Below are positions 40,274 through 54,209 of a stretch of DNA of 64,000 nt, one piece after another. The DNA lies in contig NC_045697.1 of NCBI RefSeq assembly GCF_009834535.1, positions 68,078,001 through 68,142,000 on the forward strand. Reading direction: 5' to 3'. Both the position numbers and the translations under genes were made by a program. The stretch is from Camelus ferus (Eukaryota). Numbering within the stretch: position 1 is the first letter of the stretch; each line of letters opens with the position of its first letter. The notes under the pieces are model-generated. The model saw nothing but the letters and a program-made list of their open reading frames with translations. It ran no database searches and had not been told where the DNA came from.

Positions 40274-41379
40274 CCCTTTCTTCAAATATACCTTTCTTTA
40301 ACACATCAGGCTATAAGAATCAATGTAGATATTCATCAAATTTGGTTAATAGTCTTCTATTCTTTCAAGATACTTAAGAGTTTAGTTCTCCTCCAGGAAA
40401 ATATAAAGCAACTTCCAAAAATTTAATTATTTATTAAGCAAATTATTAATGATGTGTTCCATATTTTGGGAAAGTTTAAATAGGGCAAAGAAGAAATATT
40501 TCTCTTGTGGGTGTTTAGACAATAGTTAAAGTTTTTTTCCTCCATATAAATATTGTTTTCAAGAGCTATTCCTTACACTTGACAGCCGACAGTCTGCCTT
40601 GTCTTCCTTACATGGCATCTCTTTCTTAGTGTCTTCAGCAACAGCCCTATTGTTTCACTTGAAATTAACACTCATTTAGGCTGAAAATTTTTAAGTGAAT
40701 CAAAATGTTCTAGGTTCATCTACATTGAAATTACTGAAATGCTGGAAAACAGGTCAGTGCTTGGACAGAGGGCTTTAACTGTACAATAAAGGGCAAAATG
40801 ATTTCAGCATGCACGCGCTAGCCCAGTCTGTACCCAGGACTGAAGCCTGATTTGTCAATGACAACAGCGCTCTCAGAACTTTCTTTGACCTCCTAGGATT
40901 GGTTTGGTGAGCCTCACAATGTGGTTTGTAAATTACTCTCAGGTCACTGAAAATGATAACTATTTGGAGTTAAAAGGACACGTATGAATCTATAACATTC
41001 CTCAACTAACTAGAATCCCATGTGATTGGCAGGTCAGCTGCTTCTGACTGAACAAGGGCACTTAACTGTCTTCTGTATTTGTTTGGCTTTCTCTTTGGGC
41101 TTATTCCATTCCTTTTAAAGTATAGCTCCGAATCCAAACGATCGCGATTACTACTTGATTTAAAATGGAGGCAGTTAGAGGATAAAAGAGTCTCAGATGT
41201 GGACCAGAGCAGAGATCCTTCATAGAATGTTGTCTTCTCTTAGAAAATGTTTTTGAATATTTTAGGGGGTAAAAATTTTTGTCACAATAATTCGTAGATG
41301 GCATTTTTGTGGACAAGGATCAGGAATGTTAGGAAATCTAAATGCACAAAGCAGCAAATAATGTATTTTCCTATAACCT

Positions 41380-41550
41380 GTAAAGATGTTTTACACACAT
41401 TGCTGTAATCCTCATAACTTAGCAAGGTAGGTATTATTAACTCCATTTACAGATTGAGAAACTGAGGCTCAAAGAGGTAAAGACAACTCCAAAATTCAAA
41501 CTGAGGTCATTCTGGTCTCCCATTTGACCTAGAGCTCCTACTCCATCACA
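41380..41550 (-). mobile_element. MIR SINE
   Basis: aatcctcataac...aaggtaggtattattaactccatttacagattgagaaactgaggctcaaagaggtaaa (MIR core). Confidence 0.85.
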
Positions 41551-42424
41551 TGGCCTCAGTTTTCAGGCACTAATTCTACTTATTCTTTCTGAAATCACCT
41601 CTTCATTTTCATATAGTTTATGTAAGATCTTTGTGTTCATTTTTATCACTATAGACGGCTACCACTGTCATGCTATCCTCTCACCTTTTTGTAACTAATT
41701 GTGCCACATACAGATAAAATCTTTTCTTTTTACACTGGTAATATAAACCTATAAATAATTGATGCCAAAAAACCCCTCTGATATAAAATGGAAGCTAAGT
41801 TAACGAATTCTAGTTTTCCAAATGTAGTACTAATGATTAGCCATATAGTAGGTATGGCACTGATAAAATTTTGACATGAATTTCTGCCTTCATTTCCTGG
41901 AGAACTAAAATTTTATCATTTCATCTCCTAAATCTTTAGAGAATGATCATCTGAGCAGAAATATTTTATAACATTTCAAAAATATGTAGTCTTATATTCA
42001 GGACCATTTTGTATCTATCATCCATGCACACCTTCCAATATTTCTATGCTAAAATATATTGTAACAATTTCCACCTTTCCTCTTACAATTAAAAATTCTG
42101 GATATTTATCAAAATATGATATGGTTCTGGTAAACATCAAATTTTCCCCATTATAAAATTTAGGCTTCTCTAATACACTGATGGATATGATTTAAAATTA
42201 ATCAATATTCTTCTCTTTTTGAAAATGATATGGTATCAGAACTTAAAATTCCATAGCATGTTTTAGGCTGATGTAGTTTGACACAACCACTGAATCACAT
42301 TAGTACTTTCGTTATGTAGAGAGACATATTGCACACAGGGAAATAAGAGAAGCTATAAGTAAGTGTCCACAGCTACAGCCCTCTCTAGCCTTTACCCTCA
42401 GTGGCTTCCAAGGACAGACATCAC

Positions 42425-42540
42425 TTTCCTTTCTCCCTCCCTTTCTTTCTTCCTTTCTCCCTTCCTTCCTTCTTTCCTTCCTTCCCTCCTTCCTTCCCAT
42501 CTTTCCTTTTTCCTTCCCTGCCTTCTCTTTTTTTCACTCC
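42425..42540. repeat. (CCTT)n-type polypyrimidine low-complexity tract
   Basis: Seen directly; accounts for the GRKE-rich ORFs. Confidence 0.9.
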
Positions 42541-43224
42541 TATTTGATGAGCCGTTATCATGATGGATGTTAAATGATAACACTCTGAAATTCATGCCCA
42601 GAAAAGAGAAATGTATTTGTGTATATCTACCTGTGCACAAGGAAATTTCCAGTTGATCTTCTTCTTTGATTTTCCCAATCTGTGGCAATTTGATTTGCTC
42701 CATTGGTGACAAGCACTGTAAGTGGTATTTATGCTTGCTCATGAATGTTCAGCAGTGCCTTTCATGCCCAGAACACTTTTAACTTTTCCTAAATTTTATT
42801 TACTTGTGTATTAAAGGACTTCCCAAATCTATACCATATGCATTGGATGCTATTTGATAATACATTTCTGAATGTATCTACTTTCACCTTGTTCTATCTT
42901 ATGCAGCCTCAGATTTGAAAGAGTTTTTCTTTTACTTCTGATATGAACATAAACCATAAACCTAAATTCTGGCTAGTGTGAAATGCCAAAGAAAAATAGG
43001 TCTGTGCTGAATAATTCTGTCCCCATGCTGAGATTCAGTCATCCTCGGTTTTATTTTTACCTTTGTGATTGACACTTACTAAGACTTTAAACAATCAAAA
43101 AAATTTGTTAAAAGTTCATTTACTCTTTTTAAATGTAGAAATAATAAACATTCAACAAGGAATCTACATCACAGCAGTTTACGGTTCTTTATTCTTCCCT
43201 CCTAATGACTAACATGTGAATAAA

Positions 43225-43510
43225 GGTAGCCAGCATTTACCAAATGATTACAATGTGCATCACGTACACTGCATGGTATGTATCAATGTATGTACTTGGT
43301 AATATGTATCACAGAAAGCCTTTTACATACACTAACCATTTATTACCTAACCTAAGAAGCTAGTATTTTATCTGAACTTTACGATTAATGAACTAAGTAT
43401 AAAAGGTCTATAGATTGCTTGCCCAAGGTCTACTAGATTCTAAATATCTGACTTTAAATAGAAACTCAGGTTGATTTGATCCCTAAGCCCGTGTTTTAAA
43501 TATGCTATAC
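43225..43510 (-). mobile_element. MIR SINE
   Basis: agccagcatttaccaaatgattacaatgtgc...ttttacatacactaaccattta...cttgcccaaggtc...aactcaggt. Confidence 0.6.
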
Positions 43511-44069
43511 CGGCTCAACTTCATAAAACCATGCCTGCATATATAGTGCTCACGTGTAATCTGCCAAGTGCAAGGAAATATCCTCTCCAGAGCCAAGTAG
43601 AATTAGGGGATCCCTAAATGGACTATTCAATGGCTCACATTATACAACTCTTTTTGCTAGTCATAGTTCTAATGCCAGGATTATCTTCTGGTTCCTTGTA
43701 ACCCAGCACTGAAAAAGCATGTGTATCATTTTCATACTTTAAATTTGGAGTTCATTTCTAGAACATAGCTCTTTTTCTAGTACTTTCTAGAACTCACATA
43801 TGCTGCAGTCTCATTCCTAACCTTCAGTTCCTAGCTCTGGTCTTTCTATACCATGCTGTATCCTTCTGATTCCACTAAACCATCTTTCTGGATCACTGCC
43901 TAACCCTGGCTCTCTGATTCCCATGAGTCCTCTTGCTTGCCTAGATTTCTTCTTATCATGTATACTTGGGTCCTTTTAGACTTACTTCAACAACCAAATG
44001 GATCTTTCAAATCTTTGAATACCTAGCCCTTCTGATGAGGTCTCTTTCTAATACTTGCTTAGGTTTCAC

Positions 44070-45310
44070 AAGTATTTATTCTTTTATATTCTAAGAACTA
44101 CCTAGGTGTTGAGGATATAATGGGAAATAAGATAACAAACAGCTATTCTCTTGTGGAAAATAATAGTCTAGTGAGGGAGCAAAGCAGAAACAAAGGATAT
44201 GAGAAAATAACTTGATTTGAAGTTAACACAACTCTGTTAAAGGAAGAAACAGGTGCCCTGATAGGGGAAAGTGTTGGTTAGGTGAGTATTGATTTAATGG
44301 TGTAGTTAAGAAAGGCCTTTCTGGGGAAGTAGAGTATAAAATGGAGCACACAAATACATATATAGCATACATGTAAGGAGTGAACGGGAGGATATTGCAA
44401 AGAGAAGAATCTGTATGTACAAGAATATGTAGGTAGGAAAGAATTCAGCATGTTCAAGGAACTGAAAGGAAACTGGTATGATGGATGGTTAAGTAAAATT
44501 AGATGAGTTTAGGAAGGAAGATGGAAACCAGATCATGTATACTTTGTGGTTAAAAAAAAAGTCACACTATATTTAATTTAAGTAGGGTATTAACAAAAGC
44601 GGATTTCTGTTTTAAGAAGGCATTTCTAGCTCCTTCATTAAAAACTAAAAATTAAAAATACAGACATGAAGAGACCATTAGAAAGCTGTTCCAGTTTTGT
44701 AGGCAATGAAAGTTGGTTGGTGACATTGAAGATGGTTGGTTGGTGACATTGAAGATGGAGCCAAGCGAAGTGCCCCATATATGTTTGTGCAATTAAAAAT
44801 TTACAAGGCTTAGCTAGGGTGAGGTAGTAAGAGAAAGGATAATAAATGTCAAGATTTCTTACTTGAGTAACTAGGTGTGTAGAAACGTCATTTAATTACA
44901 TGAGAAGAACTGAGGGTATTAGGATGGACTTAGGAAGTAAAATCAATAGTTTAGATTTGGACATGCTCAGTTTGAGATGTGTATGAAATGTCCAAGTGGA
45001 AATGTCAGCTATTAATTCATATATGAGTCTGTAGTTGAGAGAAGCTATCTAGGCTGCAGATAGAAATTTGAGAAATCTAGCATATTCCATGGGAATGAAT
45101 AACAACCTAGTAAAAGAGTATATAGAAAGGGAAGGAACGAGAATCTAGGACAGATTTCTGACTAATTCCAACATTCAAGGTAGAGGAGAAACTAGTAATG
45201 AAGACTCAGAAGTGGCCAGAGAAATAGAAGAAAATCCAAGAGAGTGTCTGAAGCCAGTCATAAGTAGAAGGACGAGATGAATAGCAACGAATGCCACTAA
45301 GAGGTGGAAT
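44070..45310 (-). mobile_element. L2 LINE, long decayed 3' segment
   Basis: acaagtatttatt...aagaaaggcctttctggggaagt...catgttcaaggaactgaaagg...tttggacatgctcagtttgagatg...tccaagtggaaatgtcag. Confidence 0.8.
44712..44757. repeat. Perfect 23-bp tandem duplication
   Basis: gttggttggtgacattgaagatg at 44712-44734 and 44735-44757. Confidence 0.95.
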
Positions 45311-45534
45311 ACAATGATAATGTTGTTTATTTCCGATTCTGACAACCTCATTATGCCAACATTCTTTGCATCAGTAATTAATTTTAGAAAAAATCTCAGT
45401 AGATAATTCTAATAGTGTCTAGATATCAGAGGAAATCTTGCTGGAGCAGAGGGAGTAACTGAGTTAAATACGTGATTATCAACCACAGCCATTTAATCTG
45501 GGAAGCATTCCTAAAATTTAAAGCTAATATATTC

Positions 45535-45604
45535 TTTTTTTTATTGAAGTATACTTGATTTACAATGTTGTATTAGTTTCTGGTGTATAGCATAATGATC
45601 TAGT

Positions 45605-45641
<37 letters not shown>

Positions 45642-45667
45642 ATGTGTGTGTATTCTTAAATTCTTTT
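45535..45667 (-). mobile_element. Short L1 3' terminus containing a (TA)n(TG)n microsatellite
   Basis: ttttttttattgaagtatacttgatttacaatgttgtattagtttctggtgtatagcataatgat, then TA/TG repeats at about 45605-45652. Confidence 0.85.
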
Positions 45668-46634
45668 GCTGAGATATTTCCTATGTGGTTTTCATTAAAA
45701 TTATTAATTAAAGTAGGGTCATGTAAAAACATTTGTTTTGTCTTAAGACAATGTTTCTACTATTATCAGTTCTTGCAATCTATCTAGATCTTCTATTTAT
45801 TGAATTTTGACATATTCATTATCCTTTAACTATAGATACAGTCTTTTTTGAGTATTTTTTTTCTTTCATGGTTCACAATCAATCAGAAATAATTATGCAG
45901 AAGATCTGAGATTGTCATACTATCTTAGTTTTTACATGGATCTGTAGCTTACTTGTTTAAGGTGGGATTTCTCCCAAGTGCAAGATCTCTTTCTTGTTAT
46001 GGTGATACATATCATTAAATCTTGTTAGTTGATATTGTGTATGATATTTAAGCAAGAAGAGACTCACAGATATCATGTAATCACTTAGTGAAATAGATAT
46101 GACCTTGAAATGCATATTAAAATAAAAAAGTATAAAAAGCTCTTTCAAGTAAGATCTTTTTATTCAAGTTATGCTCTACAAAATAAAACTTTGTGAATAA
46201 AGTTTAAAGAATATTTTCATCTACAGTACAGGTTTGCCTTTAAAGTACACTAGTAGCTCTATTGATATATTCAGCCGTTCTTTCCACTCATGACTCCACA
46301 AAGGTAGGTGCCATATCTGGTACTCTCAGCAATGGCACCATGCCTGTTACATAGAAGTCTCTCAGTAGATATCTGATAATGAGTAACTTTAAAATGATTA
46401 ATGCAAGATTTGGCCCCCTAATTCCAATATTGCATTCACAACTTAACTTTATACTACTTGCGTATCAGCCCTGTGAAATAGACATCCTTAAAATAGAGGA
46501 ATTCTTCCCAATAATAAGCCCTAGTGCATTCGTACAAAGAAAGAAAGAGAGAAAGAAAGAGAAAGATCAGAATTTACTTCTGTTTCAATATTTGTCCAGA
46601 TGATCAGTGACTGGGGTTCAAAAAAGTTTTTCCC

Positions 46635-47085
46635 TACATACCCATCAGAATTGTTAACACCAAATTCCAGCAAGATTGCAAAGAAACTGGGTCATTTACA
46701 CATTGCTGGTGGGAATGTAAAATGGTGCAGCCATTCTGGAAAACAGTTTGGCTGTTTCTTGTAAAACTAGCTATGCAACTATTATATGATGCAGCAATTT
46801 CACTCTTGAGCATTTATTCCAGGAAAATAGAAACTTACGTTCACATAAAGACTTGTACAGAAATGTTCACAGTAGTTCTATATGTAACAGTCAATAGCTA
46901 TAAATGACCAGATGTTCCCTTCAACAGGCCAATGTTTAAACAAACAAGTTATATCCATACCATGGAATACTACTCAGCAATAAAAAGGAATAAACTATTC
47001 AAACACCCAACAACTTGGATGAAACTCCAGGGAATTACGTTCTGTGAAAAAGACAACCCGAAAAGGTAATATACTGTGCAATTTA
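46635..47085 (+). mobile_element. L1MC-like ORF2 end / 3' UTR fragment
   Basis: cattgctggtgggaatgtaaaatggtgcagccattctggaaaacagtttgg...aaacttacgttcacataaag...ccatggaatactactcagcaataaaaagg. Confidence 0.85.
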
Positions 47086-47599
47086 AATATTTAATTTAAA
47101 AAGTGAAAATAAATATGATCTTCTTTCACTACCATTATACACTGGGTAAGACTTTTAAAAACTAAGTCAAGACATAATTCTGAATTTTTTAAAAACTAAT
47201 TGAATTTTATGAGACTCTCACAATATTGTTCTTATTTTTCTCATTTTGAATAGCCCAACACTAATCCATGTACAGGCCTTTGGATAGTAATGATTTGGAA
47301 TAATACATTGCCTAAAAATTCCAAAATCCAACAAATAATTTTTCTAAGCCTAAAAATACTGAGTATATAGGAACCAAAATGATCTTAATCTTAGCTGTAT
47401 CTATGCAGTACGTAAAGGTACTGCCAGCCATCTCCCAAAGTCTATTCTCTCTTCCACCTTGTCTGCTTCCCCTCACTCCCACCTTCATCTTTCTTCTTTT
47501 GCTCCTTCTTTTCTGAAGAGTTTGGGACTGGGAAGAAGACCTTCTCAGTTAGGTGTGTCATATAACTAAGTTCTGAGCATTCATTGGGACAGCTGTATA

Positions 47600-48310
47600 A
47601 TAACAACAACAACAGAAAATAACAGGTTTTGGCAAAGATATGGAAATTTGGAACACTTGATTATTGATAAGAATGTGAAATATTCTTATCACATAACAAT
47701 ATGGCAGTTTCTGAAAAATTATACATAAAATTATCATATGATCTAAGAATTCTATTTCTTGGTTCGTACCCCAAAGAACTGAAAGCAGAGACTCAAATAG
47801 GTATTTCCACACCCATGTTCATAGCAGACTTATTCTCAACAACAAAAAAAAGTGGAAGCAACCCAATTATTCCTTGAAATGAATGAATGAAAGGAAAACT
47901 AAATGTGGTGCATATTTATACAACAGAATCTTATTCAGCCTTAAAAAAGCAGGAAACTTGGATACATACCATGAAATGGATGAAACTTGAAGACATTATT
48001 CTAAGTGATAGAAACCAAATTACAAAAGGACAAATATTATATGATTCTGCTTCTATGTGGTCCTAGAATAGTCAGATTCATAGAAAAAGTAAAATGGTGA
48101 CCATCAGGGACTGGGAGGAGGGTGGAATGTGGAGTTACTATTTAATGGGTATGGAGTTTCAGTTATAGAAGATAAGAATGTGCTGAAGACTGATGGTGGC
48201 AATGGTTTCACAACCATGTGAATGTAGTTGATGTTACAGAACTATACATTTTAAAATGACTAAAATGGTAAATTTTATGTTACATATATTTAACCACAAT
48301 TTAAAAAATA
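47600..48310 (+). mobile_element. L1MB (L1MB3-like) 3' end
   Basis: aacagaaaataacagg...aaagcagagactcaaa...ggagttactatttaatgggtatggagtttcagtt...aaaatggtaaattttatgttacatatatttaaccacaatttaaaaaa. Confidence 0.9.
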
Positions 48311-50084
48311 AATATTATCTTTAACTGAATTGAATTGAGGGATGTAAAACTTACAGACTGAAAGACAGAAATAAGGACTGAGAAAAACAAAGACAAAAGA
48401 TTGAAGAGAATGAAAATGTTAAGTTTTCTGTATTTATGAGGTCATGGGTGTTGTTTCCATTTTTGTTTTTAGTCTGTTATTAGGTTATTAAAGAATAATA
48501 AACACTGAATGAATGGTATTCAGAGTAAATCTGGCAGAAATAAGTAAAATAATTCTATGCAAAACCTTTTGAATAATGGTGCAATTGCTATAAATTGGTA
48601 TAAGAGGAATCGACCTGAAATAGATGTCCTTAAGTAAATAAAAAGGTATTTGCTACCTTTCAGTCATTTGCAAATATCTCTTTAGGTACTACTAAGTCTT
48701 GAGGAATAATGACCCTTCATTTTCAGCAGTTGTGTAATCACCATGTAGAATATTATTCAGATTTAAATTTCATCATCTACTGTCAACAAATTTAGGGTAG
48801 AATACGCCATAAAGCAATTGAAAATTATACCTACATGCAGTTTTTTTTTTTCTAAATTTGAACCTATAACAGATGTCAGAAAAACAGGATAAACCAGTCT
48901 AACATGTTTTTTATACATTGTTTTCCCCTGGTTCTTATAACTGAAAATCTGGAACACCTCCAATGACTTTAAACACTTATTTTTGCTTTTATTTTTGTTT
49001 ATGGATGGAAGAAAGAAGAATTGGCCTGAAAAGAAATCTTATTGGGTAAAATTTCAACTGTTTTCATATTTAACTTTGAAAAAAATCAATTTTCTCCTTC
49101 AGAGATATTTCCTAAAACTTTTAGAAAATTGTTTAAAGTAGTTAATTTTACTAGGAAGGAAATTTTAAAAGTAAATTTTACTTTTCTATTTATTTCCTCC
49201 TTTTTAGACCTCAGGACACACATACATGTTGAAAAAGGAAATTTTATTGAAAACAAAAGTACTTTTCAATTAAACTGAGATACTTGCCAAGTATGAATCA
49301 CCTGCTTTATTTGACATTAAGGGTTTGGGACAAAATAATCTAATTTTCTTCAGAATGCTTAACTCTTATTTTCCTAGTTTGGCCCTGCATCAGAATAAGT
49401 GTCCTGATATTAGAGTATTAAGTATTTTGCTTTTTAAAAAGACTGTTTTAATGGAAAATTTAAAAAGCTACAAAAGGTTACAGATAGTAAATAACAAATG
49501 TAAGCTCAATCTAAAGCATTCACTCTTTTACTGCACAGAGTAATAGACTTAAATCACTTCACATATGGAAATTCACAGTTGACAGCCAGTGAGCTGTGAA
49601 CTTTCCCCATAAATTACAATTACTGCAACACCCGGACAAAGTTTCTCCGTGATGATGCACTGTAGTTGCATTGTAAAGTGTTCAATAGCTTTCAAAATCT
49701 TTCGTTTTTACTCAAATGTGATTTCCACTGATGTAGTAATGCACTGTATTTCAGACTTTGGTTTAATATCAACTGATTTAATTTTAAATGTTACTCATAG
49801 AAATATCCATCTATGCATCTGCATTTATAAATGCATATTTCTTCCGATTTTCTGCTTTTATCTGGAGTACTGCTTTTATACAGAGTACTCAATATATTGA
49901 TTATAAATAAAATTTAGATTTGGTTTGTACAATTATAATAGAAGACGACTTTGGGCACTTTCATTTTTATCCTAGAGTGTTCTGCAACATAAATAGAGAC
50001 ATGGAAAGAAGACATAAAACTTACGAAATGATGCATTGTATTTCTATTTGTTAATTAAAACATACATAAACTAAAATGCACACA

Positions 50085-50285
50085 AGGCTTAATATATGCT
50101 GCCAAGTCCTTTTCTAAGCATTTCACATACCTTAACTTGAGGTTAATAATCTCATGAGGTAGGTATTGTTACTATCCCCATATTACAGATAAAGAAACTG
50201 AAATAACGTGCTCACACCAATTAATCAGCAAAGCAGAGATGTGAGTTCAGGAGTCCAGTTCTAGGTTTGGTATTGCTAACTGTAA
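50085..50285 (-). mobile_element. MIR SINE
   Basis: ctaagcatttcacatac...atgaggtaggtattgttactatccccatattacagataaagaaactga. Confidence 0.8.
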
Positions 50286-51499
50286 ATTTGGACATAGTTT
50301 AAACAATGTGTTCTAGCTCAGAAGATTTAAGCCTTAGTCATAGGTTCCTGACTAAAATTTCTCTATTTTAAGATCACATCGAAGCAAAGGGACTCCTTTG
50401 CTAGGCCCACAAAGATGCACATAATCAGGCTGGCAGCAAGGAGAGCAGCCTTCTCAGGCACTAGGGAATTTAAAAACAAGTGGTGCTATTGGAGCGACAT
50501 TCAGCTGGGTCTCCCCCTTTGGCTACTGATTGGAATTTGTGTATCTGCCCTTTGAGCGGTAGTAGAGAGGACTGCTTCACTGTGGCAACATACATTTCTA
50601 ACAGAGGAAATTCCTTCAAAGGGATGCTACAGACCTGTAATCCCCAAATACGTCTCATGGGACAGTAGTTGAGTAGAATTTTTTTTTTTCATTTAACCTA
50701 TTAGAATCTCTAAATTGTGTCCAGCTAATTGCTGTTACTTAAGAAAATTCAGATAAAAATAAGTATTATGGTCTGAACCATGTTTAATAAACACAAACAT
50801 TTAAGCAGTATTGTATTTATCTATTTAAAAATCTAAACCAACTCAATTTTGAGTTACCCATCTTTCTAGTTTGGCAGGCAATTCAACATTAGTCATTATC
50901 AGGGTCTGCCTAGTGCTCGTTTGCAATTTCAGATTGTACAAGAACACAAGAGGTTTAGAATGATCCAGCAAAAGGTGTGGGGATTATTGCTTATGATCAG
51001 CCCATCCCAACAACTACAGACATCCTCACTGTCTCAGATCGTGTGATCCCATATGGCAGGATACACGGTGGCCTTTGTGCCCAGCTTGAGACACAGGACT
51101 TTTTCCTTTTCCAATGTTTAAAGCCCTGTGACCTAGGGTCCTACCACACAGCTGTTATGTTCTGGGTTTTGTCATCTGTCAAGGGTGATGTCATAAAATG
51201 AGACTGCATTCCTGTCATACCAAGGATCTGCTCGTTTCAGGACTGGTTCCCAATCCTGGGAAAATTTCTCATTTATGTCTCTGTTCAAACTCTCTTTTCC
51301 CTTTAGGACACTGTCATCCTTTCTTTAATAATCTCAGGCTTTCAGAAAGAGAGAAACAGAAGAGAAATGATCAACTGAAGAATCTTCTGCAATACACAAG
51401 AAATCAGAAAGGTAGCGGCTCTTTGCTTGAATTGAGAAAAGGGTGTTACAGAAAATCAAAAATGAGATAAAACCTCAATAAATTATTTTGTCACCAAAA

Positions 51500-51686
51500 T
51501 TAAACGCATATTTTGTGTGGTACATCTCAGAGCACTTAACTTACGATGTACTATTTATACAAACAAGGGATTTATCACGTAGTATTTCCCAAACATCTCT
51601 GTCCATGAAAACTCATAGGTTTTTTCTTCTCTGAAGAGCATCTTTCAAGAATTAGTCTGGAAAATGTTTCTGTTGGAAAATGTTAG
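51500..51686 (-). mobile_element. MER103C-like hAT-Charlie element
   Basis: tctcagagcactt...gtagtatttcccaaacat...gtccatgaaaac...gagcatct...gaattagt...tggaaaatg. Confidence 0.55.
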
Positions 51687-52129
51687 CACTGTCTGGACCG
51701 CTAAGATTCTCCACATCCAAGCTTCCTAAACCTCCCAGTTTCCCACTGCCTATACTCCCAGAGAGCAGTATAGCTTGTTATAGAATATATCAGAAAACTT
51801 ATTTCTATATTTTTATATTCAAAAAGGAGATGGGAATGTTATAAAGAAAGTTAAGGCACTGCTCTTTTTGAAGTTTCTTCATAGGTAATTAATAATATTT
51901 TTCTCTAAATCTGCTTTTTACAGAAGAGGGCTCTGTGTCCTTTCAGGTTGAACAAAGCAACAGGCAAGAAGAGTAGTGCTATTTAATGATTCTCTCATTA
52001 ATTCTGCCATTAAAGGATGATAAAATTGAGCACAGGCAAGCTTCCTTCTGAATTGCTGGATTTATTGAGAGTTAAACAACAGGGAAAACAGAAACATTTA
52101 GTTCTTCCTGTAGTCCAAGGAAAATAAAA

Positions 52130-52131
<2 letters not shown>

Positions 52132-52165
<34 letters not shown>
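52132..52165. repeat. Pure poly(A) run, A34
   Basis: Seen directly; AATAAA at 52123-52128. Confidence 0.95.
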
Positions 52166-52167
<2 letters not shown>

Positions 52168-54209
52168 ACACAGAAGAAACGTGTCAGTATGTAACAAAAG
52201 GAAGTCATCTTTGGATTAAGACTTGGTGATGTATTGAAATGTCACAGAATTCACTGCCTAAAATGCTGTCTCCTGTGCTTTGTAATTTGAATTCAGAAGT
52301 GTGTTTTAAATTCCCTTTTTTGTGGCAATATTATTTCATATTAAGAGTTACAGCAAGGACTTATAGTATGACTTTGGTCAGTTAGTAAATTTTGGTCAAT
52401 TACGTTTAAAAATAGAAAAGAGAAAAACATCACTTGCCTAGTGACCTTTTGGTCAGACACTGCATAGCTATCTCTTGGAGCATAAAAAGATTCCATGGAA
52501 CACAATACTGGTCAGACATAAGGTCTTGCCTTCATGTATCTCACAGTCTTACTTAAGGCAAATAGACTTCATAAAACATTGAATAAATGATTCTAGAGTA
52601 TAAAGTGGTGTGAAAATAAAAAAGTATAGGGTGGGTGAAAATGGGGTCTGGATGAAAGCTAAGCCAAGATTTAGCAAGAAAAGGGGAAGGCAACAACAGG
52701 AAGAACATTCCATACTAATGTTGGAGGAAAAAGTCAAACCTTACATGTAAGTCACAAAATACAGACACCACACTCATTTCCATTTCTAGCCAACTTTTCT
52801 AGCAAAAGAGTAGGTAAAAGTAAGTTACTGGTCTTATAGATTTTGTACTTTTATCCTGTTCCATAAAACCACCCACATTTATTTTCTCCTCATCAATAAG
52901 TTAATGAAGGAAAGGATATTTATCTCTTCCCTTATCCCAGTGCTTATATAATACACATCTTCCTAAATATTTAAGTAAAATTTCAAATGTACTGATGGAA
53001 ATTACCACCATAAAACGACAAAAATGTAAGGATAAGCAAATAAACATAAGTAACTTAAAAATGCTCTAAGGTTTTACAAACTTGTAAAAACTTTTTCTTG
53101 TGTATGTCATTTCCCCCCTTTTTTCATTTTCTAGCAAAATATATAATTCAAGTCTTTGTAGACTTCTTATGAGGCTGGGACTGAACTTTCCTTTCTCACT
53201 TCACCTTTAGGGATTGCTTTCCTCTTCTCCTTCCCAGAATTTAATTAAAAATTACAGTTCGGATCTCTAGATTTAAATGTACAATCAGCATTACTTTGTG
53301 TCTCAACTTCACTTGCAACTCAGTGGCACTTCCACAGATTCGCTCCTTCCTCTATTCCCCTAGACAAGCAGTGTGAAGTCCTTCTTGAGGGCTGTTTCCT
53401 CCTTCCTCAGGTGACTAACTTTAGGGGCATCTTGGTGTCACCACCTTGTAGTGGAAGCTCTGAGAGTCCCATGGGTATTTAGAAAATCACCCAGAGGATC
53501 TGAGATGCTTGCTCCTAGCAATGCATTGGAGAGAAATAATGACTCTATTAGCCCCATCCCATCAATGCTGAGTCACTGAATTTATTTGTCATATAACAGC
53601 CCACGGCATTATTTCTGTCAGAATAACAGGAAAGAAATGTAGTACTGAATTGAATTAACTGGGAAACTTTTCTCATTACCACTGGTAAATCCCTTTTCTT
53701 AAAATGGCTCTTGTTTATGTCAGAACCTGGTACCTAAGGTGCTAGAGAATGAAAATACTCAAATAATTAACCCCATATTGAAATAATATGAGTTGTGCTG
53801 ATACTACTAACTACAGGAATTGAGTCTCAACCAACTTAGAGTCTCAACATATTTCCCTGAATTTCCTCAGATAGTAATCTTTTAACATACAGCAAGGTTA
53901 ACACATCTTCCCTTAACAATTTCCTTATCATTGCGAAAATCTGAAATACAGGGAAGGCAGTTTTAACACCAACTTGTATTAGTCAATGTATTGAGCCTAA
54001 AACAATATTAATTAGGTTACTGGCATAGCAAGCTGACTACCTTCTAAAGTAAAGAATTTCTATTCCAAGCAAGCAATATTTGAAGTTATGTAGGGATCTT
54101 AAATATATTTAAGCTTCCTGACCCTGTGTTTATCTATTGTCTTTCCTATTGTTCTATGATTTTCTGTTGTCCTCATGAAGGTACTCATTTTCAGAAGGCC
54201 AGCAGTGAA

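Noticed and set aside
42312..42742. GRKE-repeat ORFs
   Set aside because: Translation of the (CCTT)n low-complexity tract.
49649..49731. C-box GTGATGA to D-box CTGA, 83 nt, snoRNA-like spacing
   Set aside because: No terminal stem (tctcc / tgtag), no clear C'/D' boxes and no recognisable rRNA guide. These short motifs occur by chance.
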